Below, piece by piece: positions 36,372 to 50,164 of a stretch of 64,000 bases of DNA (the first letter of the stretch is position 1; every line of letters starts with the position of its first letter). This DNA comes from Mobula hypostoma. Taxonomy: Eukaryota. The notes beneath the pieces were generated by a model. That model was not told the origin of the DNA. It did not search any database and saw only the letters and a program-made list of their open reading frames with translations. The position numbers were made by a program, and so were the translations under genes. Location: the NCBI RefSeq assembly GCF_963921235.1, contig NC_086108.1:62312001-62376000 (forward strand). Direction: 5' to 3'.

Positions 36372-38889
36372 ATCGAAGCCACTCATAATTTTATAGAAAT
36401 CTATCAGGACACCCCTCAGCCTCCTGCACTCCAGGAAAACAAATTCTGCTTATCCAATTTCTTGCTGCATCTGAGGTCCAGGGTATATCCGGCATTCTCT
36501 CTAGCACAATCATATCCTTCCTATAGTGTGACAACCTGAACTGTGTACAGTACTCTATATGTATTCTAACCAATGTTTTGTAATGTTGTAACATAATGTT
36601 CCAATTTTTATTTTCTGTGCTCTGACCATAAAGGCATCTATGCCTTTTGTCTTCTTCACAGTCCACTTTTGATGTCACTTGGAAACTATGGGTATGAGCC
36701 CCAGGTTCCCTCTTTTCATCAGCATTCCTTATTGTTCTACCAGTTACTCCATATGCCCTATCTCTATTTGACTTCCGGAAGTATGTCATCTTGCAGTTGT
36801 CAGGATTAAATTCATCAAAACTCCATACAACTTTCCATCTGACCCCTATCCTGGCTCAGCCTTAGTCAACCTTCTGTATAATCCTCAATATCAACAACTT
36901 CCATGTCATTTGCAAACTTACTAATCATACCTCCTCCAATTACATCCAAATTTTGATACTGCTCCTTCTTCATTCACGTTGAAATGGAAGAAATAAGGAT
37001 GGGAGTGGGTTATTTGGCCCCTTGAGCCTGCTTTGCCATTCAATAAGATCATGGCTGATGTGTTCTTTGGCCACCTTCTGCTTAATTTTGACAACAGTGA
37101 GTCCCTCTGATCCAAAAACACGTTCATTCAACTTTGGAAAACATTTATGACTTAGCAACCACAACCTTCTGGAGCAGAGAATTCCAGAGATTCTGAACCT
37201 ACAGAGCTCACCATGGTCTCGTCTTGTGTATTGACATTATCCTGAAATTATACCACCAAGTTCTATACCCTCCCACCTGGGGAATTACCTTCAATGTATC
37301 TACCCTGTGAAGTCCCTCTCAGAATTTCAAATGTCTCAACAAGATCATTTTTTAAATTCGTTTGAACTGAATATGTTCAATTTGCTTCAGCTTCCATCAA
37401 AATATATATTTCATCACAGGAATTAGCTCAGCATTTGTTGCACCACCTTCAAGGGAAAGTATATCTCTCCACGGCTCTACTTTCATCATTATGTAAAGAA
37501 ACCTTGAATAAGAGTGAATTCTGATAGTACACAAGGGGGCAAACAACTAGTGCCAGTATCTCTTCAGATGGGGATGGGGGAGAGAGAGATTTCCCTCCAG
37601 AGCACTATCCTGATAAGATTTTGTGAATAGATGAATGGATTTACTGAGATTTCCTTAACTTCCAGTAGCTCACAGATGGAGAGCAGCCAAAAGTGAAAAT
37701 CAAAAAATGCAGATGCCAGAAATCTGAAATGAAAACACGGATCCCTGGAAACGCTCGGCAGCTCAGGCAAAATATGTGGAAAGAGAAAGCAAAACAAATG
37801 AAAATACAACAGATTGCAGATGCTGGAATCTGGAGCAGCTACAATCTACTGGAGGAACTCAACGGGTCGAGCAACATCTATGAGGAGAGAAGGAATTGCC
37901 GATGTTTCAGGTGGAAATCCTGCATCAGGAAATAGGTGAATTTGAAAATGTAGAGACGGTAGGGGTTGGGTCAGACAGAAAAGTGGGTCAGTGTTTCAGA
38001 GGGGAAGTCAGGTGATAAGCTGTTGATAAAACAATCTGGTTGATAAATAAATGAGAGCAGTCAGAGATAGTAGATGAACAGTAGCCTGAAGGGAACTTGC
38101 ATTGATGAAATGGTGCAACTGCACGACTTGCAACCTTAAGAAGATCAGTTGGAGACAACCAGAGAGAATTTGGAGCAAATCTAAGAAGAGTAAAGCTGAG
38201 TGATATTTGGTGTTGAGCATTGTACCATGAGCAGTGATTGCGTGGTGATCTGTATGACATCATTCAACTTCCTCTGGCAACAGGTTCCTACATCACCAAC
38301 ATTAATCTGCAATGTGATGGATGCGTTGGTTAGCGCCAAATCTGAGGAAATACGACAATGGGAATCATAACGAGTCAACTGGATAGATTTCTGCATGTTG
38401 GTTATAAATCATAAACAGAAGCAGATGCTAGAAATTCTGTGTGACACACACAAAATGTTGTTGGAACTCAGCAGATCAGGCAGCATCTATGGAAAGGAAT
38501 AAGGAGTTGACATTTTGATCGGAGACCCTTCAATGCATTTTGGTAATTTTTAAAAATTCAATTGCGTAGTTAGTAAATGCATAACTCTGGGATGAAATCA
38601 GGATTCAGAAGAAATAAGTTGCAGCATAAAAATGTTATCTCCAAATTCAAGGCAAGAAGTCACTCAGGAAAACTGATAACACATGCTTTGGAGAAATAAG
38701 ATTTTAATGAGTCTGTGAGACATCAAAAAACTGCCTTTATTTTAGCAAATGGGACAAGTGCATGAAAATGGTGTTGATATAAATTATCAGCTATAATCTT
38801 ATTCAATGACGGAACAGCCAGGATGGGCTGAATGGCCTACTCCCAGTTCGATTTACTATGTTCTAATGTTTGTTTGTTTTGTTCAGTTG

Positions 38890-39215
38890 TTTGTTTGCGT
38901 ATTTATTTATTTGTTTATTTAGCAATAGAGAGCGGAGAAGGCCCTTATGGCCCTTCGAGTGACGTCACCCCAGCAACCTCAATTTTATTCCTAAACTAGC
39001 CATGGGACAATTTACAATTACCAATTAATCTACTGACCAGTACGTTTTTGGACTGTGGGAGGAAACTGGAGCAATCAGGGGAATCCCACACATTCCAAAT
39101 GGAGGATGTACAAACTACTTTCAGCTGACATTGGAAGTGAACTCTGAACTGCGAAGGCCCAAGCTGTAACAGCGTTGCGCTAACTGCTATGCTTCTTGTG
39201 AAGAAATACAGCATG
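38890..39215 (-). mobile_element. V-SINE/HE1-like SINE
   Basis: Reverse complement of the core (TTTGGACTGTGGGAGGAAACTGGAGCA) with a (TATT)n tail at the left. Confidence 0.7.
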
Positions 39216-39963
39216 GAGGTGAGAAGAATCCTTAGACACAGCAGTCATGATTAAAGCAACCCTAACTGAAAACGTCTTTTGAGAAGTTATCTTTTTTCAT
39301 TAACATCTAACATTATGAGTAATGCATTTATGAAATAATGGTTAAATAAATAACGTCACAAATCTTTGTGTGTACAGTTAAAACTACTACATAGGAACAG
39401 CCATTTCGGCCCATTACATCTGTGCTGAACATTATGCCAAATTAAACTGAATCTCATCTGCCTGCCCATGATCAAAATTCCTGCAATTTCTATATTTTCA
39501 TAAACACCACTATTGTTTCTGCTTTGACCAGCACCCCTGGCAGTCTGTCCCAGACCACCTATAACTCTCTACCCAAATCTCTTGTAAACTTTCTCTCTCA
39601 TTTTAAATGCCTGGTCCTCTAGTTTAATACTTCCAGTCTGTGAAAAGGATTCTGATTGTCAACCTTTCTGCTGCTTGGATTGAATCTGTATCTTTCGAAG
39701 TGTTCTACCAACTCATTGTTTTGATAGGTTATTGAGAACTATCTATTCTTGTTTGAGTTACACTGAGATCCTTGTTCCTGGTGGTGAAGGGTCATAATTC
39801 TGTCTCATCATGTCTTCAGTTGAAGTTAACAGAGACGTGTTAATTGAAAAAATTGTCTTTAAGGCTTTGCTGCTCATAGAGAAGATTGATAAGAAAAAAT
39901 AATACTATAATTGTTACCAGGTCCACATTTTTTTTACCCTAAAAAATATAAAACCTCTTTTAG

Positions 39964-40102
39964 ATTGACTAGTGTAGGTTTGACCTTAAGACCATTTGAA
40001 AGAAATCATGATGAATTAAGAATTCAGTTGACATCAGAGAGAAAAGAATTCAATTTTGGTTTGGATACAAAGAAGTCAGAGGATCTAAATAAAAGAAATC
40101 AG
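39964..40102 (+). other. Possible unassigned internal exon (139 bp)
   Basis: Acceptor CCTCTTTTAG|, open frame LTSVGLTLRPFERNHDELRIQLTSERKEFNFGLDTKKSEDLNKRNQ, and a consensus donor CAG|GTAAGT. No homology recognised. Confidence 0.2.
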
Positions 40103-40271
40103 GTAAGTGTGGCAAATTTATTGTGGCCTGTTCTGCTTTCTATCAAATGAGCCCTGCACCTTCTCTCCACAGACAAAAGGTTCTTTTAAGAACTCAGATT
40201 TACAGATTCCTCCCATGTTAACATGTGTGATCTGTGATCCATGGTAAATCAAGAACAAACAGCAACAAACA

Positions 40272-40882
40272 GCAGCGGTGGCCACTTTATTAGGTACACC
40301 TGCTCATTGATGTAATTATCTAATCAGCCAATCGTGTGGCAGCAACTCCATCATAAACGCATGGTAAAGAGGTTCAGTTGATGTTCAGCCCAAACACCAG
40401 AATGGGGAAGAAATGTGATCTAAGTGACTTTGAATGTGGAATAGAACATAGAGCTTAGAAAATCTAGAGCACATTACGGGCCCTTCGGCCCACAATGTTG
40501 TGCCAACCATGTAACCTATACTAGAAGCTGCCTAGAATTTCCCTACAGCAGGTTGCTTTGGGTATTGCAGAAATTGCTGATCTCCTGGGATTTTCACTCA
40601 TCGCAGTCTCCAGACTTTACAGGGAATGGTGCGATAAACTAAAAGTATTCACTGAACGGCAGTTCTGTGGGCGAAAACACTTTGTTAATGAGAGCGGTCA
40701 GCGTAGAATGGCCAGACTAATTGAATCTGACAGGATTCAATCTGATAGTAACTCAAATAACCATGTGTTACTACACGTTGAATCTTGAAGTGGATGGGCT
40801 ACAGCAGCAGAAGACCATGAACATACACTGCGTGACCACTTTAGTATGTACAGGGAGTACCTAATAAAGTGGCCAGTGAGTG
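40272..40882 (+). mobile_element. Non-autonomous Tc1-like element with an extra internal TIR and an inserted CR1 3' stub (about 40441-40548)
   Basis: TIRs GTGGCCACTTTATTAGGTAC / GTACCTAATAAAGTGGCCA. Transposase N-terminal remnants MGKKCDLSDFE and IAEIADLLGFS...VSRLYREWC...RRMARLI. Confidence 0.85.
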
Positions 40883-42094
40883 TGTGTCTGCGTTCCCCAA
40901 TTTCATTTTCATTTATATAGATATATATTTATAAGGAAACCGGTGGCCATTGGTTGAGCACATCCTTGCTCCAACTGTTGATGCAGGATGAAACCAACTG
41001 CATAACTTGCCTTTCCTCCCTCAGGGCTGAAAGATGCAGCTAGCTGGCTATTTTGCTAAGTATTGGTTAACATTCACAGGCTGGCCAATTAAGAACAGGA
41101 TCAAAGAACATGAACAACATCAGAGGCAAAACCAAGAGCACTGCAAAATAATAAATAAATTACAAACTATGAGGGATAGCCTTTCACAAGCTTTTTTTCA
41201 CTGAATGGGCTATCATTACAGAGTCCATTTTAAATTGTTGTGGAATGCAATAACATTATTTCAGAATAGTTTGAAGATTTAAGTCCTAATACATGTGTTT
41301 CCCGAGGCCTTGTCACTTATTGTATAATATTCCCATATTTCCTTATAGCATGGAAGCATGTCCTCCTTCCATTAGTTCCTTTGCATACAACAGATTTCAT
41401 TGTTTGATAGATGGATTACCATTGTCCATTAAGTTTTATGATAAAACAAGCATCACAATACCAGATTCAATATATTTAGATTTTTGATTTTGTTGTCTCA
41501 ATATTCATTTTGTTCCATATTTTTAGATTTGAAAGGAATTTGAATGACAGGTATAGGGATCTTGTGAAGGAACTTTGCCTTGACAGCTATTAGTACTTTT
41601 CATATGCTAATCAGATATATATTAATCCAGCTTGCTTATCATAACCAGCTGAGCAATTCAAAGAACTATGGTAGACATTTTCTTAGTCAAATGTAAATTT
41701 GGACTAGCCTTATATCTGAAATACAGTTGTAATGTCTCAAAAATGCTCTTATATAAACCCTCCGAAAAATCACAGTGATCTTGAATATTATTTTTTCTGC
41801 AGTATCAATTTACTTTGCAAAGTGCACGGAGTTGCTGTGATGTTCTAAATCCATGAATACCCCCGCTGGTCTGACCAAACCCATATTGTGGATTCCCAGT
41901 GGCTGTAACTGTGCTGCAACATCTGTTCTTCTGCTCTATCACTTCTCGGCAAATATATTCTCCTTCCCATTCAGTAGCTGGGTTCTCACACATCATATCA
42001 CTGATCATGTTTCAAAAGCACTTAATTAGCTGGGAGGTGCTCTGAGATTTTGAAGGAACAATGTAAATATCTGTACCTTTCTTCCTTAAGCTAA

Positions 42095-42980
42095 TGTAGG
42101 CCGTATCTTGGGTAATGATGAGTTTGAGTACAGAGAGGAAATTAAGAACCTGGTGGCATGGTGCGAAGACAATAACCTATCCCTCCACGTCAGCAAGTCG
42201 AAGGAATTAGTTGTTGACTTCAGAAGGAGTTAGCAGACCGCATGACCCAATTTACATTGGTGGTGCACAAGTGGAACAGGTCAAAAGCTTTAAGTTCCTC
42301 GGGGTCGATATTACAAATGACCTGACTTGGTCCAACCAAGCAGAGTCCACTGCCAAGAAGGCCCACCAGCGCCTTTACTTTCTGAGAAAACTAAAGAAAC
42401 TTGGCCTGTCCCCGAAAACCCTCACTAATTTTTATAGATGCACCGTAGAAAGCATTCTTCTAGGGTGCATCACAACCTGGTATGGAAGTTGTTCTGTCCA
42501 AGACCAGAAGAAGCTATAGAAGATTGTGAACATGGCGCAGCACATCACACAAACCAATCTTCCGTCCTTGGACTCACTGTACACCACATGCTGTCGGAGC
42601 AGTGCTGCCAGGATAATCAAGGACACGACCCACCCAGCCAACACACTTTTCGTCCCTCTTCCCTCTGGAAGAAGGCTCAGGAGCTTGAACACTTGTACGG
42701 CCAGATTTGGGAATAGCTTCTTTCCAACTGTGATAAGACTACTGAACGGATCCTGACCCGGATCTGGGTCATACCCTCCAAATATCCGGACCTGCCTCTT
42801 GGTTTTTTTGCACTACCTTACTTTCCATTTTTCTATTTTCTATTTATGATTTATAACTTAAATTTTTAATATTTACTATCGATTTGTAATCCAGGGAGCG
42901 GGAAGCGTAGAATCAAATATCGCTGTGATGATTGTAGATTCTAGTATCAATTGTTTGGCGACAATAAAGTATAAAGTATT
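42095..42980 (+). mobile_element. Young Rex1/Babar LINE 3' fragment
   Basis: VKSFKFLGV, KKAHQRLYFLRKLKK, FYRCTVESIL, NSFFPTVIRLLN, followed by AATAAA and an (AAAGTAT)n tail. Confidence 0.92.
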
Positions 42981-45900
42981 TTACCTACATGTTCTTTCTT
43001 GATGCCTGTTTACACCTTTTTCTACTTTGTATACTACAACCTAGCCCTTCTCTTACAAGCAGCTGAGTGACAGGGCTGCAGGCATGATAAAGTTCTGATG
43101 AAGAATATTGAACCCGAAATCTTATCTGTTTCTCTTTCCACAGATGCTGCCTGACCCGCTGAGTATTTCCAAGCAGCTTCTGCTTCCATTTCAAATTTCC
43201 CAAATCTACAGTTTAGTTGATTATTCATTTATAGAAAGATACCTGCTGTTGTACTTCACCCTGCACAATCCTGAAGCATTTCTCATCTATGGCATGCAGC
43301 AATTTCTCACAAGCAGTGCGATGATTGTCACCAATAAATGTTTCCCTGATGCTGAGGTATCAAAGAACAATGGTTGTAGAAAAGTTTCTGTATCTACAAC
43401 AAGCTTGTGGTTGACATGGGAAATAGTTTCATTGAAGTCACAAGGATTAGTGCCATTTCAGCTGATGTTTAGGGAGAAGTGACGGTACCTCAAAGCATCA
43501 CTGCGATGGAGGTAAGGGAATAATCAGAGACTTGATTATGCAGAGCATGCTTTCTTTATTAGATTGGAACGAAACTGCCTCTCAGCCTTGTATCATCTGC
43601 ATGTTGCTGTTTATCTGACTGCTCGTAACTATTCTTGGCCAGCTTTTTCTCATTCCTCTTAAACAATGTTGAATAAGACCTTGCAAAGAAAGGCTGTGAA
43701 GCATTGGAGAATATCACTGCATTCAGGCATCAGAAGAAGAGCAGTTTATATAACTGTTCTCCCCAACCTGCTCCACACAGTAAGCTGGGCTCCACTTTTA
43801 AAAAGCATTGGTCAGTCCTGTGATTATTTGGGTAGTTCTGAGGCCATTGTCATTGTTGTGCCATCATGAGGAAAGTAAACAAGTGTCACCAACAGTCATT
43901 GTCAAAACCGGCATTGTTGTCCAGCAATGCTTGACCTTAGTGGAAGGAATTGTGCAATGGTGGACAGCCTTAAAGCAGAAGTTTTGTGGTGTTTGTCCCA
44001 GGACACAACCATTACACACTGAGGCTCCTAAAATAACAGTGGAGTTCTGAGTGCCATTAACAGAGGTCTCAAAGGAACTACAATGATGGAGCAATCTTAT
44101 AGTGGTATAGACATTTATGAAGGGCATGGATCAGGTGAATGTTCACAGTACAGGGGAGTCTAAAACTAAAGGCCTAAAGTGACAGAAGAAAAGTTTAAAG
44201 CTGACCTGAATGATAGTTGTTTTTTTTCACACGGAATATGTTAGGAAAACGAAAAGAGCTGCCAGAGGAAATGGTAGAGGTGGATATGATTACAATGTTT
44301 GAAAGCCATTTAGACAGGTACATGGATATAAAGATATAAAGGAATATGGGCCAAACACAGTCAAATAGGACTTGGCACCTTGTTTGGCATGAGTAGTCAA
44401 TGGGTCTGTTACCATGCCGTGTGACTCTGACTCCGTGACTCTCATCTGTAATGATACAGAAGTGGAGTAATCTGGTCAATGCTGTACACATCCCTTGTGC
44501 TTCTGCAGAGCTGATTCCCCATAGCGGAACCTCTCACAATGGAGAAGCAGTTATACAGGCCTCCTCTCTGGAAAGCAGCAGCTCCTAGTCTCACTTCCTC
44601 CATCAGTCATTGTTGCTCCAGTACCATTTCCTCTCCATTCTTGACTGTTGTGGTTTTGTTTGGAGTCTGCATGAGTTACCAAGGCATCTTCCGATTGTGG
44701 GTTTTGGTAGCCAAATGGAAAATGCTTATGCTAGACAAATGCACCATGGTGTTGAGATTCCATGCAATAAAGTCAATTTTACATATGCTCCTCCAGTTGA
44801 CAACAGACAGTAGCCCAACCAGAAACCTCGAAGGGAGCATAGCAGATTGACCTCAACGGAATGTATTTTTGAAGCAGAGCACAACACACTGATGCTCTAT
44901 GTAGAGCAAGCAATGTGGGAAGAATTGTGGGCAAAGGTTTTCCTTTGAGGGTTTGCCTGGTACAAATACAAAATGAATAGATTTCCTGGCCCCATTGCCA
45001 TCTTCTGCTTCTTACTGGTCCATTCATGCTGCTCGAAGCCAATGATTATATTTATTTATCACATTGAGAGCACAGTGGTGAAGTTAGTAGATCAGCTCAT
45101 TCTGCAGAGTTTTCAAATCGGAGGAGAAAGTTCCCAAGTCACTTTCTGCACAGAAACTGCTGAAAGATAAAATCAACTTTAAGATCATTTCATTTATCTG
45201 CTTTCATCAACAATGCTTACATTGACAGCTGCTGTCAGGGCAGTGAGAGTGGTGGAATCGTTCGTCGGGTCTAGATCTATCATGTGAAATGCAACTTCTG
45301 CAAGTGTTGAATGAGCTGGTGGTAACATGTCTTACTCTGTGCAGCCTGGTAGGACGATATCTAACATCCCAGTGCTGTCTGTTTCAGCTAGACTGTGCAA
45401 CCCTTGTCTTTCTTTTGCTTGCACTGACCACATAAATAGAAAGGTATTCTGAAAACATAAACATAATCCCCTTTTGTTGTGAGTAGAAGCTCCTCAGAAT
45501 AAGGCACAAAGGCATTATTGAAAACATGTTAGCAACAATTGTCTTCTGAATGTGAGAACAATATAGTCTGTAAATTGTTAAATATGCATTTTTTTGTTTC
45601 TGTATTCATGGAACTAGAAAGCAGCAACATACATTATTTCTTAATTTGACGCAGGATTGCCCATCAGTTTGGTAATGTACATTTGTAAGAGTGATTACTA
45701 GCAGCCTAGTTACTTGCACAGTTGCTTTAAAGTCATTTGCATTTTACCACATTGTAGTTTTGTTTCAGTTCCTTTCCTGAAACTTTCAGCAGCAGCTATT
45801 TTAATCTGTACAACTTGTAAGCATCAGAACCGGAACAGTTGCTATGGAGTAAGACACAAATAAACATTGAGGACCTCTAAAGACATCACTCATCCATTCA

Positions 45901-47673
45901 TTATTAACATTCCGTAATATTCCCCAACAACAGTTAGACCACAATGGGTCCTGGCATTGGTTCTGACGATCAGAGACTACATGATTGAATTGTTTAGATT
46001 CCAGTACAGCAGCAGCTCCTCTAGTAGTCATAAAATACATGAATTATTGAGTGGCTTTAATTTATTTTGCAATCAAGTGCAGTCTTTAAAATATAAGTGA
46101 AAACACACCAAAGCATGGAAGGTAAATATACTCATATCTTTTCTTTCTTGAAAGCAGTACTGTAGACCCTTGGCACACTGGCCACTATATCAAAGCAGTA
46201 ATTCTTCATGTGTGTGTCTAGATGTCATTGTTAGCAGGCTATTCTGTCATTCAGTCACCACAGCTAGATCTGGGCTTGCATTCTGAATACTAACAATTAA
46301 AGATCTGCTTGGGCTTAAAATTAAAAACCAACCTCAGCAAATGTTAGCTCGAGGACTAATATTGTCTTTGATGCCAGACCTGCTCCAAACTTGACACTCT
46401 CAGGTTGGATAACCGGGCTGCCAAATGGCTAACCATCTTACACCAGTTCCCTCACCTCCCACCATCACCTCTGGTCTCAATCTGCAATTTTATTCATGTT
46501 CACTGTTCAAACAATTGTACAATAATAATTTGATTCATCTCAGGTCAATATCCAACCAGTGTCCAAGTTCCCTCCAGTAATGACATGGAGTGGTCACTCT
46601 TTTGCCTCTAAGGCCAACATTCATTGCCCATCCTTAATCACCCTTTAGAAAATGGCAGTGATCTGTTACAGTTGCAGTCCTTCCACAGAAGGTGATCCTA
46701 CAGTACTGTTGGGTGGAAGGTATGGGATTTAAACCTGGTGACAATGAAGGTTAGGTGACATACTTCCAAATCAGGATGGTGTGGTGATTTGGAGAGAGCT
46801 ACATGTGCCTGCATGCTCCCATGTCCCTGATCCCCATATCCTACTTGACAGTATAGGTCACAAATTTGAGGGGTACAGATAGTCTAGTCGAGTAACTGTT
46901 TATAGCAATTTATAGATGGTGCATACTGAAACCACTCTGTGCCATTATTGGAGGGAACTTGGGCACTGGTTGGCTATTGATCTGAGGTAAATCCGTTCAT
47001 TGTACAATTGCTTGAACAGTGCTAGTGACAGTCAGTTTTCATTTCTCACTATTCTATGTCCTTACTGTCCGCCGGTTTCCAATTGTCAAAGAGGGCTGTT
47101 TGCAGAGCGTTGCAGTTTTCCCCTTTAGAAGGACAGTGAATTGAATAAAAAGTCATGGCTGACTTGAATAAAAACGTCTCCTTAGCCTGTGGCCGACGAG
47201 ACCTTCCTTCCCTTCTCCGCAGGAGATCTTTAAGTATATAGATAATTGAGATCTGGGAAATGCAAAATTATCCTTTGTGCCTGTGAAGTCATATTCCAGG
47301 TCAAAATTTCACATCTGGAGTCAAAAATCCATGCATTTGAAAAACCACCAAATAAGCTTAAATAAAATCAGAAAATGATGGAGATGTCAGCAGTCAGGCA
47401 GCATTTTAGACAATCTTGCTGGATGATCATTGTTACGTTGCTCACAGTAATATTTTTAGATTTCAGAGAGCAGACTATCATTTTCTCTGTTTGGACTAGA
47501 TTTCAAAGCTCAAAGTTCAATGTAAATTGATTACCAAAGTACATATCTGTCACCAAACACTACACTGAACGAAGAAGCACTATACGTAGAATCAATGATA
47601 AATCTACACACAAAGACTGACAAGCAACCTATGTGTGCAAGAAGACAAACTGTGCAAGTACAAAAAAGAATCA

Positions 47674-47710
<37 letters not shown>

Positions 47711-47734
47711 ATACATACATACTTACATACATAC
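47674..47734. repeat. (AAT)n(ATAC)n compound microsatellite within a Rex1 3' UTR fragment
   Basis: Directly visible. Confidence 0.95.
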
Positions 47735-48172
47735 TGAGAACATGACTTGTAGAGTTCTTGAAAGTGAGTTCCTAGGTGCATAGACTTGAACCTGAGAGTC
47801 AGACACAAAAGAAACAGAGTGAGAAATTAGATCTTGCTCCATCCATTCATCTCACAATGTTATATCTGCTTCATATTTGTCAGCCACAGCATCCACAATG
47901 CCATGGTTCAGCATCAGATTTCACCAACATGTAGACATTTATTATTTTGACAGTTGTGTGGCTTAGTTACTGCATTTGTACTGTTAGTGGAACGCAAATG
48001 AAGAACATTTTTGATGACATGTAAATAACATAAAAATAAATCAAGCTCAGGTAGGCAGCAAAAACCATCAGCAAAGGAACAGAGAAAAGCAAGAATTCAA
48101 ATAGGTGCAAATATTTTGGCTTTCCACCATTGGGACAAGGTGCATCATATTAGAAAACACCTGAGAAAATCT

Positions 48173-48265
48173 GAAGAAAGGCCTTGGCCCAAAATGTTGA
48201 CTGTTTATTCTTTCCCATAGATGCTGCCTGACTTGCTGAGTTCCTCCAGCGTTTTGTGTGTGTAA
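48173..48265 (+). mobile_element. 93-bp Penelope 3'-end stub with a perfect 12-bp TSD
   Basis: CTGAGAAAATCT at 48161-48172 and 48266-48277. The insert is a degenerate hammerhead followed by GATGCTGCCTGAC..GCTGAGTTCCTCCAGC..TTTTGTGTGTG. Confidence 0.85.
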
Positions 48266-50164
48266 CTGAGAAAATCTAAAATGTCTAACTTGCCTAACCA
48301 GAGCTCTGTATTTAGACTGATCTAAATGTCAGTAATTGAGAGACATGTTAAGTCTTGTTAACAGTAAGCTCCATCATGCCAACATTTTCAGATAAGTCAC
48401 AGAGAAACTCGTGTGAGAATCAGTTAAGCATAGAATGCTGTTTTTATATATGACAGTAAAAACAAGAGTACACCAGCAGTTGCACTCCCATGATAGCATT
48501 TGAAATACATCACATCCCACATGTATGCTTCAGCTATCCAATCTTACCACACCATGATTTCCCACAACCCCTCCACCTCTCTCTGTTTGCCACACTGCTA
48601 GTCCAATATCCAATACTTGAATTGACATTATACGCATATTTAAATTGAGTGAATGAAGCCATTTTCTTCACACCGGCTTCAGCTCATGCATTGGTCATCT
48701 ATGTCTTTGAATTTACTTAGCTCTTGGACTCGCACGTTAAGCTTGTCTACTTGGTGAAAACAAATTGAACTCACATGGCACCTTGAACTGAGAAAAATAC
48801 TTCACAGAGGCATTAAGTAGAAAATGAACGCTGAATCAAAAAGGGAACCATTGTCATGCATTTCAAGAATGTTATTAAAGATTAGTTACACATTTTAATA
48901 ATATTTTTAGTTATATATTATCTTTTAGCATGAAGAGGAAATGTTTAATAAGTAAATTCCAGGACATGGAACATAAGATGGCTGAAAGTGCACTTGCTGA
49001 AGGTGGGAAGGGGCTGATAAGATACTAACATTGGAGCAGCAGAGTTAGGAGCAGGTTTAAAGACTGGGGGAGTTGCATCGTTAAGATTAGAGTAGGTCAT
49101 GAACTTGAGGATAAGAATTTTAAATATTTGAAACATTCAGGAACCAGGAGTCAGTGTAAAGGGTGATGGATGATTCAGGCTACATGTGGACATGATAGGG
49201 GCATAGGTAAACTAAAATCTATAGAGAATTGAACACAGGATGAGCACTGGAGCAGTCATATTCAGAGGTGATCAAGGCACCGGGGAGATTCCAGCAACCG
49301 GTAAGTTCATAGCAAGTAGGCTTTGTAGGTGGTCTTTCTGTTGGAGTAAGTGTGCGGATGTGCTCTAGACAGACATAACTCAGTCAGCAACCAAGGCTTG
49401 TTTGCAACTCTCTATTTAATAATGAATAAGATGTCACATTTATAATGATGCAAGTGATCTGCATAAAATAATCAAGTATGAAGATGGAACCAAAGCATCA
49501 TGCTTCCTGTTATTTCTGACAGTTCCTATTTTCAGAGAACTTTGTATCATTTTTAGATATCCACACTTTGTCCATGATGTTGTTCCACTGCAACAGTGAA
49601 AACAGCAAAGGCGATCACACCAATCATTACATTACGTACATCACTCACATTTTCCAGTTCATGAAGAAAAAGCTTCTTTGCATTGTATGTTTTCATTCTC
49701 GCCATTTTATTGTTGTATCAGATAGTTAGAGTGTTGAAGGATCAATTTATCAAATTGAAGGATCCAAATATGTCAAAACAGAAACTTTGCTGCAGGTATC
49801 ATTATTCATTATTTCAATGATGTATCTATGACGATTTCAAAGGTTTCTGGTCTTATTTTCTCCTTTCCATGTGTGTTTTAAAGATGATATAATAGTACTG
49901 CTGATTTACTTTGTGAAATGACGAGTGGTGCACCATCTCCTATTTTCTACCCTCAGAGTTCTATTATCTGGAATAACTATATCCGGTTAATAGAGATAAA
50001 CAAAGTCAGTGTTCTTGTAAAAAACCTAATTGAAATAGGCAGAAATCAGTGGAATCTCTACTTTAGGATAAAACACAGCAATTAGTTAAATGCCTTAGGA
50101 AAGGAAGAATACTTTAATGAAAGAACAAATGTGAAGCATTAAAATTATTTTGGTGATCTTGCAT

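Larger units (their letters stand above)
35370..36970 (-). mobile_element. Old CR1 fragment hosting the hAT MITE
   Basis: MLQHYKTLVRIHIEYCTQFRLSHYRKD...LER. CR1 sequence is present on both sides of 35628-36371. Confidence 0.75.

Noticed and set aside
43860..45040. Possible ancient Harbinger transposase relic on the minus strand (EHQCV.LCFK, AVHHC-like words)
   Set aside because: Similarity is limited to a few residues judged by eye. A profile-HMM or Dfam search would be needed.
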